55,617 nucleotides of DNA from an uncultured Syntrophus sp. (GTDB lineage Bacteria; Desulfobacterota; Syntrophia; Syntrophales; UBA5619), in the NCBI GenBank assembly GCA_964540555.1, contig CAZINF010000003.1, positions 1 through 55,617 of the forward strand. The letters are read 5' to 3'. Both the position numbers and the translations under genes were made by a program. Positions within the stretch are counted from its first letter, which is position 1. The number at the start of each line of letters is the position of its first letter. Positions 28,124 to 35,562 of the stretch are shown piece by piece. The notes under the pieces are model-generated. The model was given only the letters and a program-made list of their open reading frames with translations. It made no database searches and had not been told where the DNA came from.

Positions 28124-29164
28124 TCACGCCGATAAAGGGTTACCATTCGGAAGGGAGTATTCAACCTCCGGCTTGAAAACGCAAGAACCGATGGCTGCCA
28201 GTTTCGCACTCAAGTCCTCATACATCTTCTCGTCTTGATACGTGCCTATGATAGCGCCCCCCGACCCGGCAAACTTGGCGCTGGCTCCGCATTGCCGCGC
28301 AACCTCCACCATCTGCACCTGCCAGGATGGTAGATTGCATATGCTGCGACGTGTGTCGAAATTCTCGTTGATGAGTTGTGCCAGCCTCTTCGTATCGCGG
28401 TTAAGCAGGGCTTCGCGCCCCCACGCTGCAAGTTCGGCAAAATGCTTCATGGCTTTGACGATCTTTTTCTCTCCCCGATCGAAGCGTCCGCGAATGTCAT
28501 TGTGGAACGCCTCGGTCGGTTCACTCAGGCTGCCGTGATAGGCCATGTAGAGCGGCGGTAATAGATCCGGAGACAGCGGCTCGTATTTGTATGCGGTCAA
28601 TCCCTGCACGAGATGTTCGCCGGCCGGATCAAAATCCATATACACCACGCCTCCGTACACCTGAATGACCCGGTCCTGCAATCCGCCTCCGATGCCGAGC
28701 TCGTCTTTCTCCACAGACAGCACAAGCGAGGGCTGTGCCTCACGCGCAATGTCGATACCGTAGAATTCCATGAGGCAGCGCAGCGTGGCAGTGATTAGCG
28801 CGCTCGATCCGGCCATCCCGACCTGGCGCGGTATATTCGCCTGATAACGTACGGAGAAGTTGCGTCCGTGGAGAGCGATGTCACTGGCCTGGCAGTACTC
28901 CACAAAGCGCTTGATCGTGGCCTTGATCAGTCGGATTCCGCCATAGTAGCCATGCAGTTTCACGTCTTTTGCAAGATCGTAAACCGACCTGAACCGAGCC
29001 CGGTCATTCTCGGCGAGTACGATATCTACCGAGTCCCATTCGTACAGCACGACCTGGGCGCAGAAATTGCGCACGATGATCGAGATGGTTTTGCCGTTGT
29101 AGCCGTCGGAAGGATTGCCGAGAAGTCCTGCCCGCGCGTATGCACGCTTACGAAGGATGACCAT
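28124..29164 (-). CDS. GHMP-family sugar kinase, glucuronokinase-like
   Basis: AYARAGLLGNPSDGYNGKTISI, GYYGGIRL, NIPRQVGMAGSSA and ELGIGGGLQDRVIQVYGG closely resemble the plant-type glucuronokinase branch of GHMP kinases. The start is set at MVILRK (ATG at 29164). Confidence 0.7.
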   Translation of the reverse strand: MVILRKRAYARAGLLGNPSDGYNGKTISIIVRNFCAQVVLYEWDSVDIVLAENDRARFRSVYDLAKDVKLHGYYGGIRLIKATIKRFVEYCQASDIALHGRNFSVRYQANIPRQVGMAGSSALITATLRCLMEFYGIDIAREAQPSLVLSVEKDELGIGGGLQDRVIQVYGGVVYMDFDPAGEHLVQGLTAYKYEPLSPDLLPPLYMAYHGSLSEPTEAFHNDIRGRFDRGEKKIVKAMKHFAELAAWGREALLNRDTKRLAQLINENFDTRRSICNLPSWQVQMVEVARQCGASAKFAGSGGAIIGTYQDEKMYEDLSAKLAAIGSCVFKPEVEYSLPNGNPLSA

Positions 29165-30059
29165 CGAGCAATCTCTCCAGATGCTTGCGGAGTGAAGGAC
29201 CTTCTTGTTTGTCCTCCAGGGCAAATTCCACGAACGCACGGAAATATGCCTGGAAGTTTCCGATATCATACCTCCGTTCGTTCCCGCGCAAGCGGATGCC
29301 ATACACCCGGCCACCCTCCTGGATCATAAGGTGAATGGCGTCGGTAATCTGCACCTCGCCGCCTTTGCCGGGCTCTATGCTTCGAATAGCCTCAAAGATC
29401 GTGGGCGCCAACACGTAGCGCGCAGCAATTGCCAGCGTGCTGGGGGCTTCTGAGATGGATGGCTTCTCGATGAGGTCCTCGACCTCAAAGATGTCCCCGC
29501 CGCTTTTGGGCTTGGCAATGCCGTAGCGACTCACTTCGCTCCGGGCCACCTCCTCGAAGGCGATGACAGCAGCCGCATGTTTCTCCACGAAACAGCGTTT
29601 CATCCGTTGCACAATATCGCTCTGGGCATGCATGCCGATGATGGAATCACCCAATGCCACGACAAACGGCTGGTTGCCGACGAACGCCTCCGAGCACAGG
29701 ATCGCGTGGCCGAGGCCCAACAGTTGGCGCTGACGGGTGTAGAAGTACTGGACCGCGGCGCGCTCGTATTCAAGTTCTGCCAGCAATTCCTCCTTGCCGC
29801 TCTCGCGCAATACACGGATGAGTTCCTCATTCAGATCAAAATGGTTCTCGATGGAGGCTTTGCCGGGACCGGTGATGAAGAGGAGTCGCTTCATTCCCAC
29901 ACGGGTCAGTTCATCCACCACATACTGCACCACCGGCTTACGCCCCACCGGCAGCATTTCTTTGGGCTGAGATTTTGTTGCGGGCAGAAGGCGCGTGCCC
30001 AGCCCGGCTACGGGTACGACCGCGATATCGATGTCCATGATCCGTTCCGGTGGAACCAC
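29148..30059 (-). CDS. galU: UTP--glucose-1-phosphate uridylyltransferase family (GalU-type sugar-1-phosphate nucleotidylyltransferase)
   Basis: It has VVPVAGLGTRLLPATKSQPKEMLPV and a VEKP-like motif (LIEKP). The GTG start at 30059 is preceded by GGAGG at 6-nt spacing. Confidence 0.85.
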   Translation of the reverse strand: MVPPERIMDIDIAVVPVAGLGTRLLPATKSQPKEMLPVGRKPVVQYVVDELTRVGMKRLLFITGPGKASIENHFDLNEELIRVLRESGKEELLAELEYERAAVQYFYTRQRQLLGLGHAILCSEAFVGNQPFVVALGDSIIGMHAQSDIVQRMKRCFVEKHAAAVIAFEEVARSEVSRYGIAKPKSGGDIFEVEDLIEKPSISEAPSTLAIAARYVLAPTIFEAIRSIEPGKGGEVQITDAIHLMIQEGGRVYGIRLRGNERRYDIGNFQAYFRAFVEFALEDKQEGPSLRKHLERLLDGHPS

Positions 30060-30071
30060 TCGTTACCTCCG

Positions 30072-30361
30072 TTATCTTTCGGGTTCTTCAGGCAATTGAG
30101 CACCGTGCCATACCGCCACAATCCATACTTCATCATCCTTAACCTTATAGAAAAAACGATAAGGATTTACAATAACTTCACAAAAAGGGAGTTCCGGAAA
30201 CTCCGGTAGTGGTCTTCCCGACTCGGGAAACTTCTTGAGTCGGGACAGAGATTTCTCTGCTTTCTGGCGAAAATTTATGCCGCAGAAGGCTTGTCGTGGT
30301 GAATATAAGCGATGGCTTCAAGAAACTGGCGGCGACCTGTGGGCGTAAATAAGATTCTCAA
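30072..30361 (-). pseudogene. parE: ParE/RelE-family toxin gene disrupted by a 1-nt frameshift (partner of the phd-like antitoxin)
   Basis: A TTG start overlaps the antitoxin stop (TTGA). Frame 1 reads (M)RILFTPTGRRQFLEAIAYIHHDKPSAA then TAA (30277-30275). The adjacent frame continues INFRQKAEKSLSRLKKFPESGRPLPEFPELPFCEVIVNPYRFFYKVKDDEVWIVAVWHGAQLPEEPER to the stop at 30074-30072. Joined together they make a full-length ParE-like toxin. Confidence 0.75.
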
Positions 30362-30639
30362 GGTTTTGCAGCCTGAAGATAATGGTCAGCTTCCTTTAGG
30401 ACGTTGTCGAGTTCATGACCAATTCCTGCCGCTATTTCTTTCTCGCCTCTGGCCAGCAAGTGCAAAATGTCCATTTCATGCTGTGTGTCTTTATAGACTT
30501 CCATGCTGACCATGACGGCAGCCGCTCGTCCACGTTGAGTAATGAAAACAGGTTCTCTCGAAGATGAAACCTTCTTCACCACGTCGCTGGCGTTTTGTCT
30601 GAGATCGGAAATGGGTATAATTTTAGGTGCACTTGGCAT
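30358..30639 (-). CDS. phd: Type II antitoxin, Phd/YefM family
   Basis: 93-aa ORF. IPISDLRQNASDVVKKV...EPVFITQRGRAAAVMVSMEVY is the Phd/YefM signature. Confidence 0.85.
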   Translation of the reverse strand: MPSAPKIIPISDLRQNASDVVKKVSSSREPVFITQRGRAAAVMVSMEVYKDTQHEMDILHLLARGEKEIAAGIGHELDNVLKEADHYLQAAKP

Positions 30640-30650
30640 TGGTTGTACCT

Positions 30651-30694
30651 CCTATGATAATAGGAATCGTACTACCAATGGATATTATAGTCAA
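30651..30694 (-). promoter_or_regulatory. phd promoter and palindromic operator candidate
   Basis: On the minus strand it reads TTGACT (30694-30689), a 17-nt spacer, then TACGAT (30671-30666). The palindrome CCTAT-GATA-ATAGG (30651-30664) lies between the -10 and the SD. Confidence 0.4.
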
Positions 30695-30835
30695 GCATTA
30701 CGACGATGATCTACACGCATGTGCTGCGGAACATGTCCAAAGCCCCGAAAAGCCCACTGGATCTACTCCTGGAATGATCACGGCAACCTGCAGTGCTCGA
30801 CAATGAAGGGATATGCCTATCGTTGTAAAATATCC

Positions 30836-30864
30836 TTGACATGTAGGGCCGCTTTTCTTATCTT
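30836..30864 (+). promoter_or_regulatory. Sigma70-like promoter for the CoA-transferase operon
   Basis: TTGACA (30836-30841), a 17-nt spacer, then TATCTT (30859-30864), about 75 nt upstream of the GTG start at 30939. Confidence 0.4.
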
Positions 30865-30938
30865 CACCGCACGAAGAAACCGCTTATCAATCCATCGCAT
30901 ATCGGCAAAGCAAGGGGAGAAGGCCAGGAGGAACGCGG

Positions 30939-32522
30939 GTGAAGGTCGTAAGCTTTGAAGAAGCAGTCAGCGCCATCCACGACGGCGACACCCTCCTGAT
31001 CGGGGGTTCGGGCGGCGGCCATGCCGTCCCCGAAGCGCTGATCGTTGCCCTGAAACAGCGATACCTGAAAGAAACCAAGCCAAGCCGCATCACGCTGCTG
31101 CACCCTGTCGGCATAGGCGATAACGTCAGCCAGGGCGTCGGCCATCTGGCCTATCCCGGTCTACTCAAGCGCATCGTCACCGCCGCTCTGGTCAACAGCC
31201 CGGCGATCCAGAAGATGGCCGAGCAGGACACTATCGAAGCCTACACCCTGCCGCAGGGCGCTCTCTCGCAGCTCATGCGCGAGATGGCCGCCGGGCGGCC
31301 CGGCCTTCTATCGTCGGTGGGTTTGCACACGTTCGTCGACCCGCGCCTGGGAGGCGGCCGGCAGAGCGCCTGCGCCCGCGAAGACCTGGTCGAGCTGGTG
31401 ACCCTGGTTGGGAAAGAATGGATCTTCTACAAGCCCTACACCGTCGACGTGGCCTTCCTGCGCGGTACGACCGCCGACGAGGACGGCAATGTGACCATGG
31501 AACGCGAGGCGGTCTTCGGCGAAATGCTCTCCATGGCCCAGGCGACCCGCCGGTCGGGAGGCATCGTGATCGTTCAGGTGGCCCGCCTGGCCGGGCGCGG
31601 ATCGCTCTCCTCCCGGCAGGTCAAGGTCCCCGGCATGCTGGTCGATCTGGTCGTCGTCGACCCGGGACAGCGCCAGACCTACTTGATGGAGTATTCCCCC
31701 GCCTACGCCGGCGAACTGCGCGTGCCGCTCTCCGAGATCACCCCCCTGCCGCTTGATCCCCGCAAGGTGATCGCCCGCCGCGCGGCCCTGGAGCTGGCCC
31801 CGGACGCCGTCTGCAACCTGGGGTCGGGCGTCTCCACCGGCATCGCCAACATCGCCGCCGAAGAAGGGATCCTCGAGAGGATCGTCCTCACCAACGAACA
31901 GGGGCTGATCGGTGGCGCCCCTTCAGCGGATGCCGGGGCCGCGGTGAATTACACCTCGATCGTCGACCAGCCCTACCAGTTCGACTTTTACGACGGAGGC
32001 GGGCTCGATCTGGCCTTCCTCTCGTTTGCCCAGGTGGACGCCCGGGGGAGCGTCAACGTCAGCCTCTTCAACGGCCGCATCATCGGCGTGGGCGGATTTA
32101 TCAACATCGCCCAAAACGCCAAGAAGGTCATTTTCAGCGGTACGTTCACCGCCGGCGGTCTGGATGTCGTCTGGGAGAACGGGGTGACCCACATCCGCAA
32201 GGAAGGCAAATTTCATAAGTTCAGCGCGCGGCTCGAGCAGGTCTCGTATAGCGGCCCTTACGCCCAGGAGCTCGGCCAGGATGCCTTGTATGTCACCGAG
32301 CGGGCGGTGTTCAGGCGCGGCCCAGAGGGGATCGAACTGGTGGAGATCGCCCCGGGGGTGGACCTGGAGCGCGACGTCCTGGCGCAGATGGATTTCCGTC
32401 CCCGGATCAGCGACGATCTGAAGGAGATGGACCGGCGGTTGTTCCTCGATAAGCCGATGGGGCTGGCGGCGGACCTGGCGGGCAAGGCGCCCTGCCGTGT
32501 GCCTGCCCGGCTCAAGAAATGA
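30939..32522 (+). CDS. Acyl-CoA:acetate/3-ketoacid CoA-transferase (family I, fused alpha-beta, YdiF-like)
   Basis: 527-aa ORF. The N-terminus is KVVSFEEAVSAIHDGDTLLIGGSGGGHAVPE, and there is an (S)ENG-like catalytic Glu region (LTNEQGLIGG). Confidence 0.8.
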   Translation: MKVVSFEEAVSAIHDGDTLLIGGSGGGHAVPEALIVALKQRYLKETKPSRITLLHPVGIGDNVSQGVGHLAYPGLLKRIVTAALVNSPAIQKMAEQDTIEAYTLPQGALSQLMREMAAGRPGLLSSVGLHTFVDPRLGGGRQSACAREDLVELVTLVGKEWIFYKPYTVDVAFLRGTTADEDGNVTMEREAVFGEMLSMAQATRRSGGIVIVQVARLAGRGSLSSRQVKVPGMLVDLVVVDPGQRQTYLMEYSPAYAGELRVPLSEITPLPLDPRKVIARRAALELAPDAVCNLGSGVSTGIANIAAEEGILERIVLTNEQGLIGGAPSADAGAAVNYTSIVDQPYQFDFYDGGGLDLAFLSFAQVDARGSVNVSLFNGRIIGVGGFINIAQNAKKVIFSGTFTAGGLDVVWENGVTHIRKEGKFHKFSARLEQVSYSGPYAQELGQDALYVTERAVFRRGPEGIELVEIAPGVDLERDVLAQMDFRPRISDDLKEMDRRLFLDKPMGLAADLAGKAPCRVPARLKK

Positions 32523-32559
32523 CGACCTCGTGAAAAGTCGCAAACGCCTTGAAGTTGAG

Positions 32560-32593
32560 GACGGCTTCGTAAAAAAATATTTACGAAGCCGTC
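32560..32593 (+). terminator. Perfect 14-bp stem-loop between the CoA-transferase and enoyl-CoA hydratase genes (no T-tract; attenuator or RNA-stability element)
   Basis: GACGGCTTCGTAAA (32560-32573), loop AAAATA, then TTTACGAAGCCGTC (32580-32593). Confidence 0.45.
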
Positions 32594-32614
32594 AAGAAAT
32601 GAAAGGATGTGCCA

Positions 32615-33442
32615 ATGTCGAACCGCAAAATGGAAATTCCATGCCCTGCCGAGGAGGCGGATGCCATCCGGGTGATCCGTCCCCGGTCGGGGGTAGCCCT
32701 GATCTCCATTGTCTCCGCGCCGATGGGGGTGCTGCGCCATGCCGTCAAGAGGTCCCTCTGGTCGGCCCTGAGCCGGTTGGAGGCTGATCCCGTGGTCCGC
32801 TGTCTGGTGCTGACCGGTACGGGCAATGCCTTTTCGGTCGGTTCGGATATTCGGGATTTCAGTCAGGATGTCGGGTGGCTCCTGGAGAATGAGTACTGGG
32901 AAGCGGGGCTCAACCAGGCCATCGAGGAGGCCCGTTTTCCGGTGATCGCCGCCTGCAACGGCCACACGCTGGGAGGCGGCGCCGTCCTGGCCCTGGCTTG
33001 CGATATCCGCGTCGCTTCGGCTTCAGCCAGATTCGGCTTTCCGGAAGTGAAAGTGGGCGCCTTCGCTTCGGGCAGCGGCACCCAGCGCCTCCCCCGCCTG
33101 GTGGGTCGGGGCCGCGCCCTGGACCTGCTCCTGACCGGCCGGGTCATCGACGCCGCCGAAGCCCTCGCTTACGGGCTTATCGAGTACGTCTTTCCGGATG
33201 GAGAGATGATCGAAAAAACGCTCGATATGGCCGAAGGGATCGCGTCGTTCCCGGGTTCGGTCACCTCTGCCACCAAGCGCTGCGTCAACGTGGGTTTGCG
33301 TGAGGGCATCCGCTCCGGCCTGGCTCTGGAGCAGGATCTGCGCGTCAAAACAGGCCGCGGCGCAGATGCCTCCGAAGGTCGGCAGGCCTTCCTGGAGAAG
33401 CGCCCGGCGCGCTTCAACGTCAACGAACCCTCGGAGGAATAA
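32615..33442 (+). CDS. Enoyl-CoA hydratase/isomerase (crotonase superfamily)
   Basis: Crotonase-fold motifs are present (LVLTGTGNAFSVGSDI, ACNGHTLGGGAVLALACDIRVAS, FGFPEVKVG). The ATG at 32615 follows GAAAGGA; a GTG at 32609 is an alternative start. Confidence 0.85.
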   Translation: MSNRKMEIPCPAEEADAIRVIRPRSGVALISIVSAPMGVLRHAVKRSLWSALSRLEADPVVRCLVLTGTGNAFSVGSDIRDFSQDVGWLLENEYWEAGLNQAIEEARFPVIAACNGHTLGGGAVLALACDIRVASASARFGFPEVKVGAFASGSGTQRLPRLVGRGRALDLLLTGRVIDAAEALAYGLIEYVFPDGEMIEKTLDMAEGIASFPGSVTSATKRCVNVGLREGIRSGLALEQDLRVKTGRGADASEGRQAFLEKRPARFNVNEPSEE

Positions 33443-33444
33443 CC

Positions 33445-34404
33445 TTGCGACTTGTGAGCTTCCGCCATCTTGAGCAAACCCGTATCGGGGCACTCCTTGG
33501 CGAGAGGGTGATCGATCTTAACCGCGCCTATCGGGCCTGTCTCGGATCCGCCGGTGAGCGAATCGATCCGTTCAAGGCAGATCGGACCGTTCCGGCGGAG
33601 ATGACCGATTTTCTGGCGGGCGGCGCGAAGACGATGGACGCCGCCCGTCGCGCTCTGGATTTCTCTAAGGAGCGAATGGACGATCCTGCCGGTCTGCCTA
33701 GCGATGAGGCAGGCGGTGTGTGGTTCCCCATTGAGGAGATCAAACTCCTCTCCCCCGTCCCCCGGCCGGGGAAGATTATCTGCATCGGTTTGAACTATCC
33801 CGGCGCGATCGACGCCCCCCGCCCGGAATACCCGGTCATCTTCCTGAAGGCCGCAAGCTCCGTGATCGGCGCCGGCGATACCATTTATCTTCCGCATTCG
33901 AGCCGGCAGATCTTCTACGAGGTCGAACTGGCCGCGGTGATCGGCTCGCGCGCCAAACACCTGACGGAGGAAAAGGCCCTGTCGTGCGTGGCCGGCTACA
34001 CGATGGCCAACGACCTCGGCGCCCGCGACCTGGAGAACCGCACCTCGCAATGGACGACCGGCAAGCTGATGGACACGTTCTGCCCGCTCGGTCCTTCCCT
34101 GGTCACCACGGACGAGCTGCGTCGGACCGACGACCTGACGATGACCACCCGCATCAACGGCAAAACCGTCCAGCTCGGAAACACCCGGGAGATGATCTTC
34201 GCTGTGCCCTTTTTGGTGAGCTACGTCTCGGGGCTGGCCACCCTCGAACCGGGGGATGTGATCCTCACCGGAAGCCCCAAAGCGATGAACGGCGAGCCGG
34301 CCCCGGTCCTTTTCCTGAAGCACGGCGACGTGGTCGAAGTGGAGATTGACGGCCTCGGCATCCTTCGGAACCCGGTCGCCGACGAACCGATGGAGAAAGG
34401 ATGA
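33445..34404 (+). CDS. Fumarylacetoacetate hydrolase (FAH) family protein
   Basis: 319-aa ORF whose C-terminal domain carries FAH motifs (KIICIGLNY, YEVELAAVIG, TGSPKAMNGEP...L..GDVVEVEIDGLG). Confidence 0.8.
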   Translation: MRLVSFRHLEQTRIGALLGERVIDLNRAYRACLGSAGERIDPFKADRTVPAEMTDFLAGGAKTMDAARRALDFSKERMDDPAGLPSDEAGGVWFPIEEIKLLSPVPRPGKIICIGLNYPGAIDAPRPEYPVIFLKAASSVIGAGDTIYLPHSSRQIFYEVELAAVIGSRAKHLTEEKALSCVAGYTMANDLGARDLENRTSQWTTGKLMDTFCPLGPSLVTTDELRRTDDLTMTTRINGKTVQLGNTREMIFAVPFLVSYVSGLATLEPGDVILTGSPKAMNGEPAPVLFLKHGDVVEVEIDGLGILRNPVADEPMEKG

Positions 34405-34405
34405 T

Positions 34406-35443
34406 ATGATGGACAAAACGTATCCGATGGCCTTCGTGACGGCACCCGGTGTGATCGAGTTCCTCCCGCACGAGCGGGTCCCCCTTGCCCCGCAGGAGGT
34501 GCGACTGGCGGTCAGGGCCGCAGCCATCTGCGGCAGCGACCTGCATATCTTCAAAGGGAAACACCCCTCCGCCCCGCTCCCCGTCAGCGTAGGACACGAA
34601 CTGGCCGGCGAAGTGATCGAGACCGGCCCAGCCGTGACGAAGATCAAGCCCGGCGACCGCGTCACCGTGGAGCCGGTGATCGCCTGCGGAACCTGTGATC
34701 CCTGTCGCCGCGGTCAATATCACCTCTGCCGGAATATCAGCTTCCAGTACCGCAAGGGGCAGGGCGCCTTCGCCTCCTATTTCACGGCGCACGAGGATCA
34801 CGTCTTTCGTCTTCCCGAAGGCCTCTCCTATGAGGAAGGCGCCCTCGTCGAACCCCTCTCCGTGGCGCTGCACGCCGTCAAGAAAAGCGGAGTCCGCCTG
34901 GGGAATACGAGCGCCGTGTTCGGCGCCGGGGCCATCGGGCTTCTCGTGACGATGCTGCTGAGGCAGGCATCCGGCGGCAGGACGTTCATCGTGGACGTCA
35001 ACGACTTCCGCCTGCAAAAGGGGCTGGAACTGGGGGCCGGCCGGGCCATCCACAACCGCCGGGAGGATGCCCTGGAGGTGATCCTCGCCGGGACCGGCGG
35101 GGCGGGCGTGGACTTCTCTTACGAAGCAGTCGGGATGGAGTTGACCCTCGTCCAGGCGCTCCAGTCGCTGCGCAAGGGCGGTACGGCGACGTTGCTGGGT
35201 ATTTTCGAAGACTCCCCCGTCGCTGTGCCGGTCAACCTCTTTGTTCAGAAGGAGATCGCCTTGCTCGGTTCGCAGGGCTACAACTGGGATTTCCAGGACG
35301 CCTTGACCCTCCTCGATCGAGGCTGCCTGGATCTGAAACCCCTCATTACCCACCGCATCGACTTGGAGGGACTGCAGTCGGGTTTTGAGACGCTTTTGAA
35401 CCCGGCCGCCGATGCCGTCAAGGCGGTGGTTGTGATGGGATAG
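34406..35443 (+). CDS. Zinc-dependent medium-chain alcohol/polyol dehydrogenase
   Basis: It has CGSDLHIFKG and GHELAGEV zinc ligands, the structural Zn cluster CGTCDPCRRGQYHLC and the GAGAIGLL Rossmann motif. The start at 34406 lies just after the FAH stop. Confidence 0.85.
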   Translation: MMDKTYPMAFVTAPGVIEFLPHERVPLAPQEVRLAVRAAAICGSDLHIFKGKHPSAPLPVSVGHELAGEVIETGPAVTKIKPGDRVTVEPVIACGTCDPCRRGQYHLCRNISFQYRKGQGAFASYFTAHEDHVFRLPEGLSYEEGALVEPLSVALHAVKKSGVRLGNTSAVFGAGAIGLLVTMLLRQASGGRTFIVDVNDFRLQKGLELGAGRAIHNRREDALEVILAGTGGAGVDFSYEAVGMELTLVQALQSLRKGGTATLLGIFEDSPVAVPVNLFVQKEIALLGSQGYNWDFQDALTLLDRGCLDLKPLITHRIDLEGLQSGFETLLNPAADAVKAVVVMG

Positions 35444-35562
35444 CCTGCCATTTCTCCATTGAACCACGGTGATTGGGTTTTTTGGAAGCAGGATCGAAAA
35501 AACCCGGAAAGGAAAGGCGTGGAACTCTTTTCCCGCCTGTTCCATTTCCCGGTCGCGGAGGG

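Noticed and set aside
26351-30938. The TA-rich segment as a discrete integrated mobile element.
   Set aside because: No integrase, recombinase, transposase or tRNA attachment site is present, and I found no flanking direct repeats by eye. The island-like character rests only on gene content and AT-rich spacers.
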